Below, in pieces: positions 13,395 through 24,845 of a DNA stretch of 64,000 nucleotides. The position numbers and the translations under genes were made by a program. Every line of letters begins with the position of its first letter. Within the stretch, counting starts at the first letter, position 1. This stretch comes from Leptogorgia sarmentosa. Its lineage: Eukaryota. Where the stretch lies: the NCBI GenBank assembly GCA_964658305.1, contig OZ210885.1, positions 558,001 to 622,000 on the forward strand, in the 5' to 3' direction. The notes under the pieces are model-generated. The model was given only the letters and a program-made list of their open reading frames with translations. It ran no database searches and was not told where the DNA came from.

Positions 13395-15290
13395 CTATAA
13401 AATGATGAAAAATATTCTTTGAAGTCACATGTATTAACATAAAACGTTACTCGAACAGGGTGTGTTTAAAAGACGCAACACTTAATATTCTAAAATATTG
13501 ACTTTGTTTTTTATCACAACACATTTTGAGCTCCTAGGGATTCAAAACTGCGTCTATTCCAACGTAACAACTGCATGTTTGATTACTACAAACTCGAGTA
13601 CGTAAAATTCATATGTCGTAATGTCGCGGGTGTGGCACATCGACATCTTGTGGCGGGGACGAAAACAGTTTGTTGTTGTTTGATGTGAAAATGTGTTGTG
13701 CGCTTTCAAATGTGTTGGGACAGATGCCCCAAATACCCATCATTTCCTGAAACGTTAATCCCCTTTGTTGATTCAATGTTGTGTTGTAGTTAACGAATTG
13801 GTTTTTTCGTACAATTAAACAGTGTATGTATTGGAAATACAGCATTGAATGGAGTAGGGGGGGGAGGGGGCAACTGATTGTTTGTATTTATTAGCAAAAT
13901 GCCACTGATTTCCTGAGACTATTGGTGTCCCAACTGCTTTTGAAAATGATTGTAGTAGCTGATATGGCAATTTTACATTTTTTGCGTTTTTTATATACAC
14001 CCTGCGTATGGACATCATTTTCAAAAAATTCGAACATGACGTTTCCCAAGTTTTGAATGTGCAGCACTAAAATGTTTATTTGTTTATTTTCCAAGATTTT
14101 GTCTCTCAAAATTTCAGTCGAAATTGATCTCCACACCCGGCGCTAGTTTCGCTGTTTTCCACCACAAACCTGAATATGTTTGATAAACCTTCGAATGATT
14201 TCACAAACTTAATTCGCTCACATTGCCGGTGTCAAGCGAAATTTATGATTTCTGCGAAATACCAGACTCATGCGTGACTGGTCGTGAATTTCCCGCGCGT
14301 GGACGCTAAATACATGACGCTTGCAAGACATCTTAATCCAGAACTGCAATATAGGTCGAGTGCTGAAGGAGTTAGGCAAACTAGCATGTCGCGATCGAGA
14401 AGCTCTGGATGATTTTTCGCTGGGAAATTTTGTAGTACTGTATGCAGTATGAATCTACTAAAAAAGTGATAAACGTATACGTGCCCATCCAGACGTTTTA
14501 ATTTGCAATTGATTTGTTTTAAAATTAAAGTGTACTCACCTTGAGCAATGTTTTGGATCTCCCTGAATGTAGATTGAAGGTCAAGAGCGCGAGGAAAAGG
14601 TAATGATATAAACAAAACATCTTTAACTGCAGTATTTGATCCAACTCTTATCGCTGTCAGTACCAAATGGCTTTTTTCAACCAAAACCCAATGTAGCTAT
14701 TTAAAACTGTGCGCAAATTAATTTAAGGGAAAACTGGGTAATCAAAGATTATCTCCCACGCTTATCAGACATCAGTAGACCAAAATGAGTATGATGTAAA
14801 TTCCAGGGTAATATTGCTTCACTTTCAACTTCTTGACTGCAGTAATTAATGAAACCTGGTTCCAATACCAATATTACCAAGGCTAAAAACATAGATTCTC
14901 CTAATCACCATGCAGTTTGGATTGGGGAACGGGCTTTATCCTTAAGTTTGTGTTTAGAAGAGTATTATACATGAATGATTTGATCATATGTTTTGTATTC
15001 AATTAGTTCCGGCCCTATAAAGTGTTTTCACCGTCAGCCTGAAGCCTGCGTGGGCGAAAAATCATCATTTGAAATTGATATTTTTTTAATTAGTTAAAAA
15101 CTGATGAATATGAGAAGTCATTTTCATAGCACAAAAAGTGCTATTAAGCTAGACGTCGACGTTATATTGTTCACGCGACTAAATTTGTTTTAACAAATGT
15201 TGGAAAAATTATTATAGCAGCTATATACGCACAAACAGGGCAGTCATACTCGTGAAGGTTGATTCAAGAAGTGCACGAATTTAATTTGAA

Positions 15291-15569
15291 ATGCAAATAA
15301 AATTTTTGTTATATTTTCTGGCTGTCATCATTTCTACGTTTGGCGGAAAACCGAATCGAATAGCCGTGGTGAGTGAGGAACCTCCTGGTCACTTCAGAGT
15401 TCGAAGGCTAGCTAACACCCAATGTCCCGATTTCGAGATGGCTTGCACCAGCAACAGTGAATGCAGTGATTGTCAAATATTTGCTTTGGTGTGTTCGAGT
15501 TATATCCCGCATAAATGTGTCGATGTTAAAGATGGAGATCCGGGGCGTCCTGGTTCTAACAATTCTTAA
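15291..15569 (+). CDS. 6-Cys secreted peptide family, copy B (single ORF, 92 aa)
   Basis: Signal MQIKFLLYFLAVIISTFG, propeptide ending RVRR, mature LANTQCPDFEMACTSNSECSDCQIFALVCSSYIPHKCVDVKDGDPGRPGSNNS; AATAAA follows the stop. Confidence 0.85.
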   Translation: MQIKFLLYFLAVIISTFGGKPNRIAVVSEEPPGHFRVRRLANTQCPDFEMACTSNSECSDCQIFALVCSSYIPHKCVDVKDGDPGRPGSNNS

Positions 15570-17491
15570 GCAAAGTGTACTGTGGCAATTAAATAAAATT
15601 TTAATAAATTATTTTTATGTATGCATTAAAAATGTACTGTGTTTGATAAATTAAAAATTACTATAATTCAGGCATTTGTTGCATTTTTGAATAGTTATAT
15701 ACTATAATAAAAATTTACAAATCAAAATTGTTCAACATATAAAAATGTTTCTTTAAGTTATACCTGGATTAAAAGATAAATATTATTATCATAATCCTTG
15801 GCGCGACAGCGAAGGAAACAGGAAATGCGAGTAATTGCATATTTTCAAATGCAAATGCAAATTACATATGCAAATATATTATATGCAAATATAATATATA
15901 ATATATAAATGCATGGAACCACAAAACTAAATCCATGATTATTATCAGTCTATATCACAGAAAGGAAGACAGAGCTAAAAAATCCTTCATACTCTAAAAA
16001 TTTTACTGCTGTCTTGGTTCTACTGTTTTTTCCAGGTCAGTCCATCAGTTATTCGTATAGGAAATTACACGGTTCGAGGGACTCGCGGTATTTCGCCAAA
16101 CACGTGTGCAATTTTTACTGTAGTTTTACTTGTTTTTAAATTTACCGCTCGCATATCGCGGGCTCGAAGCCGTGGTATTTGAAAAATTAATTACACACCT
16201 GTGTAATTAATGTTTAATTCGCACAGTTGTTGAAGCTTTTTAGACAATCAGCGTCCAAGAAATTGCCTACAATGATATTATTACTATAATTAGTTAATCT
16301 TAACTTGGCTTTGGCACACCCGAACTAAGGTAGTTGTTTGTGGACACTCATTTGTGAGACGCATGCATCGACATTTACTAGCCTGAGACAGACGATTGTT
16401 ATTATTCGTCTGTCTCAGGCTAACATTTACGGGCAAAATTTGATATTCGTGCGTGCCTTGCATTTTAACAACATCTCCACTGAAGCTGCTACATAGAAAG
16501 TGCGGTCGGACTGTAGAGAAACTGATGAAATACAGAGCAAAATGTAAAATATGATCTATATTAAGTTTTTGTTGAGACATAATACCGCATTCGATGACCG
16601 TAGTGAATGTTTCAAACGTTTTGCACGAAGAGTACACTTTATGGAACCGCAAAACTAATCCATGAATGGCTTTTCAAAATTCTCTATTCTGATTGGTTGA
16701 CAAGTGGTCCGTAAAAACCCATGAAGGCCACAGATATTTTTGTGAAGACATGATGCTCCCATGTTGAACTCTGGTCTAGTTTTAACTCTTTCAATTTTAT
16801 TTTACTGTTTATTCAACGAACCTATTGAAAAATTGTTCCTCTTGCATATGCGCAAAATTAAATAAAGGAAAGCTGGCAATAAAAAAATATCTCCCACGCT
16901 TATCAGACCGATACACCAGTATTGCTAATGACTTTCAACTTCTTGATCAACCTCTTGAGTAATATAATTAATAAAACCTGGTTCCATGACCATGGAATAT
17001 TATCAACGTTTTGCCCCAATCACCAGTTGGGCGAAAAGATTCAAAAAAATACAGTGCGAGAACGGGCTTTAACCTTCGCTTTAGCCTTCTAAAGCGAAAG
17101 ATAAAGCCCGTTCCACACTCTATTTTTTCAAATAATGTTGTTGTGTCCATTTTCATTATATGTAATTTATTTTTTATATTCAATTTGTTCCGGCCCTAAT
17201 GTATTTTTACACCCTGGTTAAATTCATGCACGGGCGAAAAATCATCAATTTAAAATGAATGAAATTTAATTTTCGAATTAAAAATTGATGAATATGTAAA
17301 GTAACGAACATAGCACAAAAAGTGCTATCAAGCTAGAGGTTATATATTGGTCGTGCGACCAATTTGTGTTCTAACAATTTGTCCAAAAAATAAAAAATAT
17401 AGAAGCTATATGTGCGCAAAACAGCGCAGTCATACCCGACCAGTTTTTTGTTCAATTGATTCAAAAAGTGCATTAACGGATTAAATTTGAA

Positions 17492-17565
17492 ATTCAAATA
17501 ACATTTTTGCTATATTTTTTGCTGTCATCATTTCTACATTTGGAAAACCGAGTCGAATAGCCATG
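17492..17565 (+). pseudogene. Dead exon 1 of the 6-Cys peptide family (B type)
   Basis: Homologous to 15291-15368 but ATG>ATT and a 1-nt deletion. Retains the donor GTGAGT at 17566. Upstream 16880-17490 duplicates about 14740-15290. Confidence 0.8.
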
Positions 17566-18038
17566 GTGAGTTAGGGGTTAGGGTTTTAGTTAGGATAGGT
17601 AAAGGGTATGTTTAGTACTGTAGGTTTACTTTTTTATAATAATACAATAGTTTATGCATCTCTAATATCTTTGATTTATTACCAAACTCATGCAAAATTC
17701 TTCTAATTTCGCCCCACACGGGACTGTAAAACAATTCAAAATGCCTTTAGCACTTGCTTTTTTTAATTGTATATTTTGATATTCTTAATATCAAATTACT
17801 ATTAAGCTAGAAGTTGTACTGGTCGTGCGACTAAATTGTGTTATAGAAAATGTCCGAAAAGTTTCCATATAAATAGCGCATAATTAGCAGTATATATAAG
17901 TTTAATTAGCAAATACTTCGCCAGTTTTCGTTTCAATCGGCGAGGAGATTGATTCATGTAGTGCAAAAATTGTCATGCATAATTGTCTAATTTTTATTAT
18001 AGTAATTATTCAAAAATGCCACAAAAGCCTGAAGTTAA

Positions 18039-18924
18039 CTAAACGTCAATCACAGGATCCCCATCATCAGCATCGATGCATTTATGCGGGGTATAACTCG
18101 AACACACCAAAGCAAATATTTGACAATCACTGCATTTACCGTTGTGGCTGCACGCCTTCTCGAAATCCGGGCACGAAGGAATCCTTGGAACTCTAAAATG
18201 ACCAGAAGGCTCCTGAATAATTGATGAAAATTTTTTTTATTGTAAATATTGATGTGTTCTTACATTGTAGATTCAAAAACCGTATGTTTCAAAGTTATTG
18301 TCGATTGCCCCTCCCCCCTCCCCCGCCCTCCCCTCTCTCCCCCGCCCTCCCCGCCCTCCCCCCCTCTTCCGCCCTCCCCCCTCTACTAATTCCCGACGAA
18401 GCCCCTTCGGTCGAAACGTCGAATCTGTTTTGTTTAGGTAGTGAGATTATCCCTCCTGCTCTTGTTCGTTTTGTAAAACCCTTTTTCAACAGTGCATTTT
18501 GAAAGTCAGAATCTGAACGTTATTTCGACGTTACTTAAACGTTGTTTGAACTTTCTGATCATGTCGAAACCTTATATAAGTGCCAATAATTGGCCATGGT
18601 CGTCCCTTACACCAATTTTGAACTTACATTAGGCAAAATAACATACGGATGACAAATATATCGCAAATGAAAAAATCCCGCGGAATAAAGGAAGATTAAA
18701 CAGGTGGTATTTGTTCTATTATATTTTTCTCCGTAGAAAACGACCCACAGATACTTCATATTTCTAGTATTTTAATATTTCTAGATACACATAATATTTC
18801 AATATAAACACGCGTGCCGCGTGGTACTCACCACAGATATTGCATTGGGTTTTCCAAATGTAGAATGACAGCTAAAAAATGTAAGAAAAATGATGCATGC
18901 GCAGACGTGTAATATTATCTGCAT
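18039..18924 (-). CDS. 6-Cys secreted peptide family, copy C (2 exons, 88 aa)
   Basis: complement(join(18039..18212,18832..18924)): MQIILHVCACIIFLTFFSCHSTFGKPNAISV|EPSGHFRVPRIPSCPDFEKACSHNGKCSDCQIFALVCSSYTPHKCIDADDGDPVIDV*. Phase-0 GTGAGT...TTCAG intron. Confidence 0.85.
18389..18424 (+). ncRNA. Minimal hammerhead-like motif of a Penelope-type terminal repeat
   Basis: ATTC-CCGACGA-AGCC-CCTTC-GGTC-GAAACGTC-GAAT: stem I ATTC/GAAT, CUGANGA-like core (U4>C), short stem II, GAAAC..GTC. Lies in an insert (about 18306-18467) absent from the paralogous intron near 25090. Confidence 0.5.
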
Positions 18925-19619
18925 TGCAAATGAAATTTGCTAAACTTTAACTGTGCTTGAATCAATCTTCACTAATTGCCGAACAGTCTCAATGACAACT
19001 GATTATATGGCATAATATATAATATTTGCTAATTTTATCATTTTAATAATTGATTGTCGCTGTTTGTATATCAGCTGTTACAATATTCCTAAACATTTGG
19101 TTTATGACAATTTAGTCGCACGGCCAATATATAGAGGATATTACATGGCGATGCGAAGATATGAATTTTACCCTCGAGCGCTCAAAAACAATACTGACAG
19201 CGCATAAAACATAAATATTAACTCGTGTTCAGTTGAGACCTGGATGCATGGGCGAATAAATCCATCATCAATAATTTATGAAATTACTTAATTAGCTAGA
19301 TAATCTCATGAATATGAAAAATCACGATCTTAGCACACAAATTGCTTATAGCTAGAAGTTGTACGTTGTACTGGTCGTGCGACTAAATTGTGTTATAGCA
19401 AATCTTTGAAAAGTTGCTATATAAATAAATAGCGCATAGTTATAGCTATAATTATCGCTGTTTGTATATATGAGTGTCCGAACATTTGCTATAACACAAT
19501 TCAGTCGCACGACCAATATAACCCTCACAGACACTGTTGCTGGACACTGTTTTGTAATATTAGTATAGCTATTAGCTAGTGAAAGTTGAATTTTCAAACC
19601 ATATCACAGTACGAATAGC

Positions 19620-21189
19620 AGACCAAGAAGACGTTTTTCCTTTGAACTTGTCAATCCCCGCGCATTCGCACACCAATTTCATTGTTGACCGGTCGGTCAA
19701 TAAATGTTTTGTTGTTGACTTATTGCGTCATCGCTACGGAAATGAGGTAAACAAAACGTTTTGTGAACGCCAACGTGGCATGGTTTTGTCCAATCGGAAA
19801 AGAAGAAAATTGAATTTTGGCACTTGTTATATAACAAATTGAACTAAACTGAACTTTTGCGTAGCCGCGTGCAATCTTTCAGTGTTTGATCTGGAGTAAA
19901 GTAAAAGTTTGGTAAATCAGGGAAGATTGGTTTTATTATTTTAAAATAAATTGGTAAAGTTTATATGTAAAAGAATACGAGCGAAGGTTGCCTTGAAATG
20001 GTTTTATTTCGAGCACAAAATTCACGAATGTCATGAATAAATATTTAGGTTATTGCGAAATTCTAATTGCAAATAATAGGTCGTATTTTACACCAAATTT
20101 GAGGTTACATTAGGAAAAATAACATATACGGATGACAAATATTTTGCAAATTAATTAATCACAACATTCTCACTGGATACTGGGTTGCAGTAGTTGCTAA
20201 TTAAATAGCTATAATTGTCGCTGTTTGTATATATCAGCTGTTATGAAATTCCAAACATTTGCTATAACACAATTTGGTCGCACGCCCAATATAACTTCTT
20301 AAATAGGACATACTTTGTCTGCTTTGGCTCTCTGGCTTTTTCATCTTTATCAGTTTTTAATAAAATAGAGCAAGGGATGTCAGGACAACGATAGATCTTT
20401 GCTCAATACGACAGTACATTTAAAATCTTATTGTATCGTTAAGTAGCGAGTAGAACTTTTTCTGCTTGTTAATTGATGCTATTATTATTGTATTTGTTCA
20501 ATGAAAAAACGACAAGTTTTTGTCGATAAAATGGAAATACTACAAGAAAACATTAAAATGATACCCAGGTATTCTCTGAATTTTTGATAATATGATGTAA
20601 TTAGCTGAAACATTTGGCTTTATCGATTAAAAATTATGATAATGCTGACTTTGTTTTCGTGTAATATCCTCCATATAATGTATTGGTCGTGCGACTAAAT
20701 TGTGATAAACCAAATGTTTTGGAAAATTATAACAGCTGATATACAAATAGCGACAATCAATTATTCAAATGATAAAATTTGCAAACTATATAACCAGGTT
20801 TCATTGAGACTGTGGGCATTGGTTCAAGCATTTCGTGAAGATTGATTCAAGTTTATCAAATTTCATTTGAGATGCAGATAACATTACACGTCTGCACATG
20901 CATCATTTTTCTTACAATTTTTAGCTGTTATTCTACAGTTGGAAAAGCCAATGCATTATCTGTGGTGAGTATCAAACGTGTTTATATTTAATAGCTATGT
21001 TTCAGCTAGAAATACAGAAGTATCTAGAAATATTAAAATATGAATTATCTGTGGATCGTTTTCTAATATATAATATATATAACAATATATATAACATAAC
21101 GTTTTCTAATAATATATATAATATATATTCCGGGTTTTTTCCATTTGCGATACATTTGTCATCCGTATGCTATCTTGTTTAATGTAAGT
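19620..21189. repeat. Left arm of an about 1.55-kb inverted duplication (right arm about 25690-27240)
   Basis: Reverse-complement matches throughout, e.g. GACGTTTTTCCTTTGAACTTGTCAATCCCCG vs GGGGATTGACAAGTTGAAAGGAAAAACGTC, including exon 1 of copies D and E. Confidence 0.85.
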
Positions 21190-22553
21190 GGAGATCTATT
21201 TCGACTGAAATTTTGAGAGACAAAATCTTGGAAAATAAACAAATAAACATTTTAGTGCACATTTAAAACTTGGGAAACAATATGTTCGAAATTTTTGGGA
21301 AAATGATGTCCATACGCAGGGTGTATATAAAAAACGCAACCATTTAATATTCTAAAGAATGTAAAATTGCCATATCAGCTACTACAATCACTTTCAAAAA
21401 AGTTTTTTAATTCCTTAGCTCAGTGATGACCACCCTTACACCATGACCCAAAATGGCGGCCGAGCAACTTCAGACTCCGCTATGCATGCCGAGTGCCCTT
21501 TACCCGGGTGTAAAAAGCCGTGCGGAATTATTGCTTCGCTCCGAGCTAACGCCAGGACGGCCCTTCGCTTCGTGGCTCGGGGAAAATGTAAAATTGCCAT
21601 ATCAGTTACTACAATCACTTTCAAAAGTAGTTGCGCAATCTTCCCCAACGAATTTGAAAGTGATTGTAATAATGGCGCTGCTGAAAACCGCACAACACAT
21701 TTTCATCAAACAACAACAAAGTGTTGTCCTCCCCGCCACAAGATGTCGATGTGCCACACCCGCGACATTACGACATCTGAATTTTGCGCACTCGAGTTTG
21801 TAGTAATCAAACATGCAGTTGTTACATTGGAATAGACGCAGTTTTTAATTCCTAGGGGCTCAATATTATACCTCAAATTCAAATTTTCCAATCAAAAGAC
21901 CGTATTTTTATCACGTGATGGGGTGCTTTTTCCGGGCATTTCGCTTAGAAAATGAGATACTGTCTGTATGTCACACTTTAAAAGTGAGATACAAAAAATA
22001 TTTCACGTTGCCAGGATCTCATTAGCTAACACACAAACAATTCAAACATGGCGGAAGCTGTAGATATCATGAGCGCGTATTGATCGATGTATTCTTTGCT
22101 CGGTCATTCCTATTTTCGGTATAATATATCATTTACTGATATACCCTCCGCTAGGGTGATTTGAAGAAATATTACCCAAAGATCATTGTATTTCCCTCGG
22201 ACTTCGTCCTCAGGAAATATCATGATCTTCGGGTAATATTTCGTCGAATCATGCAACCTCGCTCCGGGTCTATAAATATTTAATTATTAAGTGGTTGCGT
22301 CTTTTAAAAACACCCTGTTCGAGTAACGTTATGTTAATACATGTGACTTCAAAGAATATTTTTCATCATTTTATAGTTAAACCCTGGTCACTGGAAGATA
22401 AGAAAACTTGCTCAAAACAACTGCCCGCACAACCAAATGCCGTGTAATGCAAACGCAGAGTGTCATGATTGTATATATACTATGAAATGTGCAGATGACG
22501 GTCTTGGTATCAAAAAATGTATCATCCAGGATAATGGTGACCCAGGGACTTAA
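20872..22553 (+). CDS. 6-Cys secreted peptide family, copy D (2 exons, 89 aa)
   Basis: join(20872..20964,22377..22553): MQITLHVCTCIIFLTIFSCYSTVGKANALSV|LNPGHWKIRKLAQNNCPHNQMPCNANAECHDCIYTMKCADDGLGIKKCIIQDNGDPGT*. Phase-0 GTGAGT...TATAG intron; AATAAA downstream. Confidence 0.85.
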
Positions 22554-24845
22554 ATGGACTGTTTTATTGTAATTGAAAATTCAAAGTAAAATAAAAAGTT
22601 TGATGCAGTTTTGCTTTTTTGAAAAGTATTATCTTTTCTCGTTAAAAATCAATACATGAATTATTCATTGTACCGGTATTCTTTGTTTTTTTTCCATTGG
22701 CCTAGAGCCTATAAATAATTTAAGGTATGGAAGGTGCCCGATATATTTCAGCGGCGTTTGGTGTACGATGTGCTGAGTGTATGTTTCCTCCTGACATTTG
22801 TGCCTATTTCCCTCGTTCACATTCATCAAATGGGCCTTAAAGTTTTTTATACGGCCTGAAATGCAATAATTAGAATCGGAACATCTTTTAAAACATATTT
22901 AGCTCCCTCACTGTACCTTATTGTCCCTCAAAACATCAACTAACCCCAGTCCTTTGCTCGATTGTGAAATGGCTAATTTCAACATTGAAATAAGAGTTGT
23001 TATCTACTTGGATCAAATACTGCAGTTAAAGTAATACAAAATTTTGCAGGGGAAAATGATCCTGGGCTTCTCGGCATGCTGGTTTGCCGTTTGAGCCTTC
23101 AAGCACTCGACCTACAATCGTACACAAAATATTTGAGACAAACGCCCCTCTCCCCCAGCTTCAGTGTTGTTTTTGTCATGCATGCGATTTATTGACCAAT
23201 TTCTACGTTGGAAACTCAGCGCCATTGCGTTGGAATGACTGGTGATTAATATAATTGTTCACTAACATCAATAACTTGGTTACAACATTGAAATTTGGGG
23301 GGAAGGGGCTGTTTTTGGAAAGTCTCAATATATTTTGTGGGCGATTGTAGGTGCAGCTCTGGATTGGATTTCTCGGACCTGGGGCAAAAATACTTTGAGG
23401 ACCATGAATATAAAACAGATAATCACATCGAAATTTTTGCAACAGCATTACCATTCTAAAGACAGGGTAATAATGCAACAACAAGTAATAAATTTGCAAT
23501 ATTTAGACACTCATATCAACAAGTTTCTTTGGCTATAAGATTCTGCAAACAAGTTAAATCATTACACTTTATAAAAACGTTATTCACAACTGAAAAACAC
23601 GAAAGGCTGCAGGGCGTTGCGATCTGGGTGTCTGGGAGGGCGGGATCCCCTAAATCATCGCCCTGTGGGCAAAAATTGTTCTTCTATCAACAAATTTAAA
23701 TTGAGGTTTAGGTCCTACTCCAATATCAGAACGCAGAGAATGGCATTTGCGGTTAAAATTTCAGAAATTTTCTGTGCTCCCCCGCCCCGCCCCATCCCGC
23801 CTACCTAAGTGACATTAGCGACCTTTCGTTTCCTTCATAAGCTATAATATCTACAGTAATCAGAGTATGGCTAAAGCGTTGTGGATCATGACAAGAGAGT
23901 CAGGAGTTGCAAATTGATGTGGAAGCCAATGATTTTATAGTCTTCGTAGACCCCCAATTACCTTGAAGGCCTTAGATATTTTTGAGAAGACATTATGCTT
24001 CCCATGTTAAACTCTCATTACATTATCAACGCTTAATTGCCCCAATCATCAGTTGGGCGAAACCTTGTTCGCGATCTAAAGCGAAAGATAAAGCCCGTTC
24101 TCGCACTGTATTTTTTTAAATAATTTTGTTGTGGCCATTTTCGTTATAATTTATTTTTTATATTCAATTTGTTCCGGCCCTAATGTATTTTTACCCCAGG
24201 GTTGAATGCATGCACGGGCGAAAAATCATCAATTTAAAATGAATCAAGGTAGAGGTTATATTGCTCGTGCGACTATAAAAATTGTGTTTTAACAATTTGA
24301 CAAAATTAATGTCCAAAATTGAATAATAAGGCTGAAAGTGGATAAACCCTCATAGCATTCCTTTTGTTGTGCTTACGTTTTTCATTTGAATAAGACGTTC
24401 CTAACAATTAAGGTTGTTCTAAATAAGTACGAAGCATGCGATTCAAACAAAAACTGAACTAATGGATGATTCTAGCTGTAGACTAAATTCTGATGCAGAC
24501 AAAAATACCAAATTGTACAACCACATCTAAAAAAGGAGTCGTCAAATTTGTACAGTACATCCTTTCGGTAAGCTAGCTGTTGGTCAGTAGTCTCAGTTAA
24601 CGATTTTTGTCCTGTTGCTAACAGAGAGTGACTCTTGCTATACTTCTAAGGCTTAGCCATTCAGCCTTGCAGTAGTCTAATTTTTTTGTTTATGTATGAC
24701 ATGCGGACATTTTAACCACTTCCGGTTGGAAAGCGGATAATTTCATAGTCCATTGTTTGGTAAAATGAGATTATATCATAACTTACAATTTTTATTGCTA
24801 ATATTATAGTAATTATTAAAAAATGCTACAAAAGCCTGAAGTTAA

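Noticed and set aside
17571..17600. TTAGGG-like sequence
   Set aside because: Only two or three degenerate units; not a telomeric array.
18295..18489. Gly/Arg-rich and Pro-rich ORFs on opposite strands
   Set aside because: Produced by a low-complexity C-rich tract in an intronic insertion.
21436..21891. Several overlapping 60-130 aa ORFs
   Set aside because: They lie in repeat-like DNA inside the intron of copy D; the inverted copy at 13530-14134 does not preserve the frames.
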